Source: Chlorokybus atmophyticus
Lineage: Eukaryota; Plantae; Mesostigma and Chlorokybus algae
Direction of reading: 5' to 3'
Assembly: GCA_009103225.1 (NCBI GenBank)
Contig: RHPI01001259.1
Span: 124,001-188,000, forward strand
Length of the DNA: 64,000 nt
The translations under genes and the position numbers were made by a program. The notes beneath the pieces are model-generated. The model ran no database searches. It was not told the origin of the DNA and saw nothing but the letters and a program-made list of their open reading frames with translations. Shown here piece by piece: positions 56,701 through 64,000 of this stretch (positions are counted from its first letter, which is position 1; every line of letters starts with the position of its first letter).

Positions 56701-58106
56701 CCAGAGCTGCTCCAGACTCTTGAGGTGGTTGAGGTTCTCAATGCGCTTGATACGGTTGGAGTAGAGAAACAGACGCCGAAGCTGCGTGCAGCGGTCGAGG
56801 TTCTCAATACGCTCGAGGCAGCATTCAGTGATCCACAACGCCGTAAGGTTAACCGAAGCCTGGGAATTTTTACACAATCAGTGCATGTATGCGTGCATGT
56901 GCTTCATCAGCACACGCATGTGAGTGCGCGCACACGCACACATGCACACGCACGCACAGGCGCACGCAGGCACACACAACTGTGCGTGTGCGCACACACA
57001 TACACACACGCCTACATGCACACACGCATGCACACGCACACACATGCACGCACACGCACACGCACACACACACGCACAAGCACACGCACACGCACACGCA
57101 CGATGATGACAAAGCACAAAGCAGCATCAATCGTACCTGTAGTCCTTCAATGCTGGAGACGTTCTGCTGCGTGATGGTGAGGGTGGTGAGGGCGGGGAAG
57201 CAGTGGAGGGCTCGCATGCGCGGGTAGTTGAACATAAAGAACTCCAGCTTCGTGACAGCCTCGGGACGCTGAAGCAGACGCTCCTCCGCCAAGCCATGGC
57301 ACTCGCACACCTCTTGAAGCACTGAGGAAGTATGTCAATTAGCGCACGAACGACCAGAGCGTGCAACTGGACCATGTAACAACATTGGTAAGAGTGGGCG
57401 TATAACGTGTCGTAGACCATCAATCTGCTGCATATGTGGCGAAAACGCTACCTTCTCTGAGCACACATGTAGCGTTATGCATTGCATGAGCACAGATTTG
57501 TGCACTCGCACGCATCTGCGCGCATGCATTACAACGTGCAGGCTCCGTACTATGTACGCACACCAGTACGGAGGCGCCTGTGCACACATCGCAAGCGCAC
57601 ACACACCAACACACGCTCATGCCCCTGCATACATTGGTAACTGGTTGCGCACTGGCATACATGTGCACGCAAGATTAGGTGGGTGCCTGCTTACTTGCGC
57701 ATGTGTACGCACCATTCGACGGCAGAAAGCAATACATATAAGCACATACGTGCTGTCATGTTAGCACCCTTACTACGCGAGTATGCATGATGAGACGTGT
57801 CCTGCCACAGTGCTGCACGCGCTCGCCTGCAGCTAGCGTACATACATTTGCAAGAGACGTAATTGCTGGATCTCAAGCTAACACGCACATCTTCGCCAAC
57901 GTAGCTCACAGTCCTTTACATGATGGCAGCTTTATTGAAGTACAACCACTGTGTTCACTACGGTTGAACTGGTAGGCAATAAGCATCTTGTTGCTGCTGG
58001 GTGGCTTATGACCCATTCCTTCGTGTTTTAGATCAAGGAAGAACTCACCGGCATACTCCTGTGGTGATAAGGACCGCAGCTGCTCATGCCGCCGATCAGA
58101 GGACAT
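50786..58106 (-). CDS. LRRC9: Leucine-rich repeat-containing protein 9 (LRRC9)-like, multi-exon, with central PARP-like region
   Basis: N-terminus [10 protein letters not shown]...[26 protein letters not shown]...|[14 protein letters not shown]...[25 protein letters not shown] matches remembered LRRC9 (ELCLCNGL...KLEMFF.GYP...LWIAECC...NPVCLLCNY). Many SDS22-type LRRs follow through 51600. Confidence 0.88.
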
Positions 58107-61100
58107 ACCAGAGCAGCGGCGGCGGCGGCTTCACTGCCCCGCGCCGCCCTGCCGCCGCCTGCACCACCAACGCCGCCGTCGTCCTCATGCCCTCAACGAC
58201 CACCAACACCGACTACCTCCACACCCCATCACCAATCCACAGTACTACTAGCATAACAGGTACTAACTGTACCTCACCAACCAACAAACAGCAGCTTCAA
58301 CTGATACTTGCTTCCCTCCAGACACAATCAATCACGCACCAAGCTCGGCCCACAACAATACTCCTTCTTGCGCCTTGCGTACACCTCAACAACACACTCC
58401 TTGCGTACAAACCCTAATGCTGCTGAGGCGTGTGTACACACACAGCAGCAACTGTAGTAGTAGTAGTAGAAAGCGCAATCAATCTGGCCAACTCCAAACC
58501 ACCCGACTCTCTCGAGCATCCAAACGCCACTGCAGCAACTCAAGCTGAGCTTATACACAGGTAGCCATGGACGAAGCAAACAGCGGCAGAGGCCGAGTGA
58601 GCAAATGTCCGTCCTGACTGTAAGCTGATCTTAGAGCAATTCCTGCTTGCTTGCTTGCTTGGCTGCTTGCTTCTGCTCGGCTCCGCCGCCTGGGACAGAT
58701 TCGTCTCCGTGGCAAAAATATTCAGTTTTGCGTGCAGTGCAGTGCGCGATCACGTGGCGAAGCAGACAAAGGGCAACAACGATTCCGGCGACGCTTTCAG
58801 CAACGATGCAACGCTTTGCGACAACGCGCACATTAGGGTGGGCGTTGGCAGAGGAGAGGGGAAGAGGAGAAGATGGCGGGCGTTATGGCGGCGGCGGCGG
58901 CGGCGGATGCGGCGGCAGACGGGGCCGCAGGCCACCTGCTCTAGCATCCTACCAAGCTCGTCAAGCCGGCTCTGGTGATTGTGTCGTGTGGCGGAAGGCT
59001 GCGATCACTGCTTGGACTGTTGCATTTATGCTGAGGGAGGACCTGCTCGCTCGCAGGTGCTATGGTTGGCAAATGGTCATGCGGTCTGAGCACCTGTGTA
59101 GCACAAGCATCCAGGCATGCAGCTGTTACATCTAAACTCCCAGTCATATAAGTGTAGCGTGCTGCTCTCGGAGATAATGCACATGGGCATAGCTTGAACT
59201 TGCGTCAAACCTAGCGTTGTTGAAAGCCAGTGGGTGGATAGTTCATTTGCCTCCGTGTTGAGATGCAACTTGCAAATGGGTCGAGCCTGCAAATCATGTT
59301 TTATCATACCCTACACGCATGCATATCGCAAATAACAATGCCTGATCAGATTCAAATGTGAAATTGAAACAGTAACAGCAACGTATGCAGTAGGTAAGTT
59401 TACAGGTTGATAAGACGAATAATCAACAACGCACAGCAATAATAATATCAGAATAATGCAACTGACATTGAGGAACCTACGGCGGCTGTCTATTCTCTGT
59501 GCACTGCAAGGCACAATCTGCTGTCTTACATGAAATTTTAATCCTCTCTTAGCATAAGGTATCATAAGGTGGACGGTCCGCAGCGTTGCATGTGCTTGGA
59601 CAATATTCACCAGGAGTGTCAGCATGTAAGTGCAGGCGATCCGCAACTTTTACCTTCATCTTGCACATGGCTTCTTCCCCTCCCCTCCCCTCCCTCTGAT
59701 CTAGCTACAACGCATGAATATAGAGTGATAGCCCCGCCCACCCGTTTTAATGCTTGCCTTTGGGTGTTTACCTTGCTTGTCAACAATATGTTGGATTGTG
59801 TGCACGCTGACGTTGCCTTATTGCAATGCCCGGCCCCTACTGTGCATGTCAGCCAACCATTGTATATTATCGAGATTGCGTGCCTCGTGGTATAATCGTG
59901 TAGTTTATTGCAACAAAAGCTCGCTGGCTTGATTTGAGTGCAAATGCATCCGCATGGTTGTGTGCAACCATGCATAGGGTATAAGTCGTAGTTCAACCAT
60001 GCAGTCACAGGCTATGCTTAAAAATAAACATGTAAAATACACATGCAAGGGAATGTAGGTGAAATAGACATGGACAAGTTGAAGTATACTTGGCCACCAC
60101 CTCTCACTACATTACGTGCTCCAATGTGTTATGCACTGCAACCATGGGTGAGACAGGTAGCAGGTAGTAGTAGTAGAAATTCGCAACCTCATAGTATTCA
60201 AGCACGCATGAGTGGCAAAGCTTGATATGGACTTGCACAAGCTTGATAGGGGCATGCGTTGCACGCAGTCAATCCCCTCTCGGTTGTTTTGTGCACACGC
60301 ACCCCTCGCGTACCCCGTCGTCGTATTAGTTACACAACAAGATAATATAAGCACCGTTGCATGTCAAGTAAACATGAAGCATGCTCTGCTACACATTACG
60401 TATGCAATGTGAGCTTCTGGTTCAAGTCGCTCGCTCTTCGTTTCTACAATAATTGCATTGATTAAACAACACCAATAATGTAAAATAAACTTTGATATTC
60501 ACTTATCATGACATGTAACTGAATTGTGTATGTATTTCTGTTCTACTTAATGTATGGCAACGCTTACATAGTTGTGATGCATCGTTTACGGGTCATATAC
60601 TGTTGTTAACGTACAATATGTCAATTATTCCTCAAAAACCATGGGTTATAGTAATAGGACGTTTACGTGTGAACTTGTGTAAGAAGTTTGAGATGTTTGG
60701 TAGGTAAGAAACATGGTTTATCAGAACTTTTTGAGTTACAGGTGACATCACTACAATGCCAGGTGCCTGTGGACTCGTTTTCATGATTTGGAATGTATGT
60801 AATGAATATTTCAACCTGCACAGCAGTTCTGTGAATTGCCAGACTGCCATCCTGATCCGTGCCCGGAATGTAACGCACACGATAGATATTTCCTGTTCAA
60901 CTCATGCCTTCCATAAGCTCAATGCAAACGTACGGCCAACCCGTCGCAACCGCCTGTGTCCGCATTGGGAGCTAGCGCTGCCCGCCCGTGCTGTGTCCCA
61001 ACTGATAAGCAGCGCGCGGCCCGCCCGAAATTGGCTAACGGCAAGCGGCGCTTGCGTAATTTCTGCATTCGCGCTGTGTAGGCATAGTCGGATAAACCGC

Positions 61101-61481
61101 CGTTAAACGCATCCTGCTGGTCACTTCTGGAGATGAGGACGGTGGAGGCAGCGCTTGTGGGCGGCGGCGGCGACCAATTGGCTGGCCTCCGAAGGCCTTC
61201 TGCTTCTTCAAGGCCTTGGCGGGTGCTATCTGTGGTTTCTACAAGCTGGATCTGCTGCCGCACTGCTGCCCTGCCACTGGACTCTCAGCTGCTTGTTGGA
61301 GCTCACGCCTGCTACTTCTGATCTACTTTTGACCATCAGCTGAGCGTTCAACATCAGGCTGCTTGCTTAGCATACATTGGTTACAAGTTAATTCGTTTGG
61401 TGTTGCCTGAGCATTGCGCACAAGCAGGAGGGTTGGCCGTTTTAAAATTCATGGAGCCGTTGCATAGGTAGGCTGATGAGT

Positions 61482-61541
61482 AGCTAAGCTGCGCTGCGCT
61501 GAGCTGAGCTGAGCTGAGCTGAGCTGAGCTGAGCTGAGCTC
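61482..61541 (+). repeat. (GAGCT)n pentamer tandem repeat just upstream of a splice acceptor
   Basis: gctaagctgcgctgcgctgagctgagctgagctgagctgagctgagctgagctgagctcatttcag. Confidence 0.9.
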
Positions 61542-61679
61542 ATTTCAGAAAAGCCTCGTTGTGGGGGGTTGCAGCTTGTCGCAAATGCGAACAACCTGGG
61601 TTTGGGGCGCTTGCTGTGTGGCAAGCACGATCAGGCTATGATGTAGTGTGTGCTGAATCGGACACACGCACTCGTTGCC

Positions 61680-64000
61680 ATGGCTACGCCTGCCCGCAAC
61701 ATACCCCGGCTCAGCCTGGACGTGGGACATGTCGCTCACTCCTCCGGCGAGATAGTCGACCGCTGCTTGTCGTCCAGCTGGGCGAACGCCCCAGGCTTGG
61801 GGCTGGCCTCTGGTTCCCGGCAGGAGAAGCTGGCCTTGCCGCCAGGGACGCGCTTGCGAGCAGGCACTGCACTCCCGCCAGGCGCACAACCTGGCCGAGC
61901 AGGAGCAGGAGCGTTTAATGGAGGCGGCCTGCCCACCGGCGTGCACAGGGACTTAAAGGTAACCCACGGCGCGTGTAAACGTTGGCTGAAGGATGTCCGT
62001 TTGCAGTCACAGCACCTGCATGCCCGATTTTGGATTGCGACATAAACAGTTGCAGTCACACTCGTGACGCACAGCATGACTGGGGAGTTGCGGATTAAAT
62101 GCTGCTGGAAACTAAGTTATGCTCTGTCGCACTCCTGGCTGCTGCTTGCTAACATTTGTAGCACCAGCTGTAATGCGCCGTTGTCTGCAACACGGCCTAG
62201 CCATGAGTACAGGTGTGAGCGGCATTCCATGCGTCTGTCGATCAAACAGTCAGTCAGAAAAAACAAAGTACGGATGTTCTGTTTGGCATTAGCAGCGTGT
62301 CTGTTTCTGTTGGGGTTGTGTGTGCATTCAGTTGCTGAAACGGGTAAATCTCATCTGGTTCTTGTAGACTTGTCAGCCTGCATTGTGTGTCGGGTCACAG
62401 ACCTTGATCTGCACAGTTTGTTACGCTTTGGGCAATCATGTTGGTGCATTGTTATGGCAACACTTGTATGTTGACATGGCCGGCTAACAGGTGCTACAAG
62501 CTTTGAATGCCAAGTTTGAAGCTGCCAAGAAGCAAATTGATGTAGAGCTGCAAGCCTTCTGTAAGGATGCTGCGGTTCAGATCAAGGACCATTCTGGTTC
62601 CTCTAAAGGGCACCGGAGCGTGCGGGAGCTTGCTGACCGTTTGCTGCAAGTTGCACAAGCTAGCATTGTCACTCAGCCTGAAGAGTTCAAGACGCAGGTG
62701 CGCTATCTGTGTATCGTTGCCTTGCTATCTTTGTACTGATGTACATCAAGATCAACAAGGCTGAGACATTTGCATCATGTTCTCAGGTGAAAGCCTTGGT
62801 TCAAAACCTGGAAGATGAGCGCAAGAACGCTGAGCCTGGTCCGGGCCGACAGCTTGTCACCAAGTTGCTTTTTATCCTGACGCGCTGCTCCCGCTTAATT
62901 CAGTACTCTTTCACTGATGCAGACAAAAAGTACTTGCATGGTTTGCAGAACGTGCGAGACGTAAAGCAGCATGCACTCGATCCTGTTGTCAGCAGCCCCG
63001 AGTCCGAAAGCAAGGCACACGCAGGGTCCATTCGGCCGAGGTCGGCAAATGGCGTGCATCGCATGGATGGCACTGTTGGCCTGCTTGGGTCAGTCATTTC
63101 TCGCATCAAGGGTTGGAGTCGCAAGATTGAAGAATCCAAGGCAAAGCAGCAGAAGGCACTGCCTGAAGCTGTGGCAGAGCACAAGCCGTTGCCTCTTTAT
63201 CGCGAGGAGTCCGCTCCAGCAGTGCCACGCGTAAAGCTGAATGGTAGATTATCCCCTTTGTCACGGACATGGCCAGATTCCAAAAGCGATGGGGCTTCTC
63301 CTTTGTCGCCATTGTCACCACTTTCACCTGCGACCTCACCAAGCCCTGCTGAGGGGAAGAGCTGGGCCAAGAAGGCGTGGGGACGGCTAACACACAGGTA
63401 AGCATAAGTGTATGTTGTGAACCGATGTGGTTGCCTGTCGGGTCCTTTTCAAGTATTCAAGTGAATGGCAAGATAACACATTGGTTGTTGGCAGTGCAAA
63501 AGGCACACCATTGACCTCACCTACCAGTGGAGTTACCAGCCCTGAATCGGTGAAGTCCTCGGTTCCAAACGAGTCTCCAAGAACTAAAGCTTCACGGCTA
63601 CCAAAGTTGGCCAAGTTCTTGAAGTCTCCTCGGTGGCGCAGCAAGAAAGAACGCAAGCCATCCGTCGACTTGCTGTGCCGCATCTGCGAGCAATCAGTCA
63701 GTTCAGACATCATGGCCGAGCACTCAGAGGTGTGCCTGCTGGCTGATCAATGTGACGACCACTCCCTGCCTGAAGACACCAGGCTGCTGGCAATGGCAGC
63801 TGCTATTGAAGAGCGCATGGCAGCTGTCGCTGCAAGCACGCGCTCTGCTTTGTCACCACAGTCAATGCGCAGCCCTAGTGCCGTGGTTGCGGACAAGGTG
63901 ATTGCAGACCATGTTTCACAGGTAAGCGCATGTCATGTGTGGTTGTGAGCTCGGCTACAACCTGTGGCTTGACTGACATGCTTGTTACAACAGTTACGGT
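61680..64000 (+). CDS. IREH1: IRE/IREH1 (MAST/Greatwall-related AGC) kinase, N-terminal part; continues beyond the window
   Basis: VLQALNAKFEAAKKQIDVELQAF...LLQVAQASIVTQPEEFKTQ|VKALVQNLEDER...KLLFILTRCSRLIQY and zinc finger LCRICEQSVSSDIMAEHSEVCLLAD, matching IRE-family motifs (KFDKAKEEVNSDL, RMLFILTRCTRLL, ICRICEE). The kinase domain is not in the window. Confidence 0.85.

Noticed and set aside
61497-61541. Immunoglobulin switch-like GAGCT repeats
   Set aside because: Coincidental in an alga; treated as a simple pentamer repeat.

Overview
This is intron-rich eukaryotic nuclear DNA from the green lineage, not prokaryotic; no rRNA, tRNA, CRISPR or intact transposase was seen. The gene set (KNOX TALE homeobox with KNOX1/KNOX2/ELK domains, BIM-type bHLH, thylakoid TL29, IRE/IREH1 kinase, plus the cilia-associated LRRC9) suggests a flagellated green alga, possibly an early streptophyte; this is inference. 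About 15 spliced genes can be reconstructed by hand: SMC3 (5'-truncated), a LURP-one/Tubby-C-like protein, an acidic Claspin/Mrc1-like protein, FKBP12, an archaeal-type P-loop ATPase, TL29/APX4, KNOX, a PHD + telobox-Myb protein, ATP23, BIM-like bHLH, NSRP1/CCDC55, a prolyl 4-hydroxylase with ShK domain, DAD1, LRRC9 and an IRE-family kinase (3'-truncated). There are four N gaps. The accessory regions (about 11.3-16 kb, 37.4-41.9 kb and 58.4-61 kb) hold a decayed duplicated coding relic, two long fold-back hairpins, two GTAC-palindrome arrays and a possible TIR element. The most notable items are the full-architecture algal KNOX, a telobox cluster beside a telobox-Myb gene, a PARP-like fold inside LRRC9, and the GTAC/hairpin island. 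Exon boundaries were inferred by eye and are approximate.
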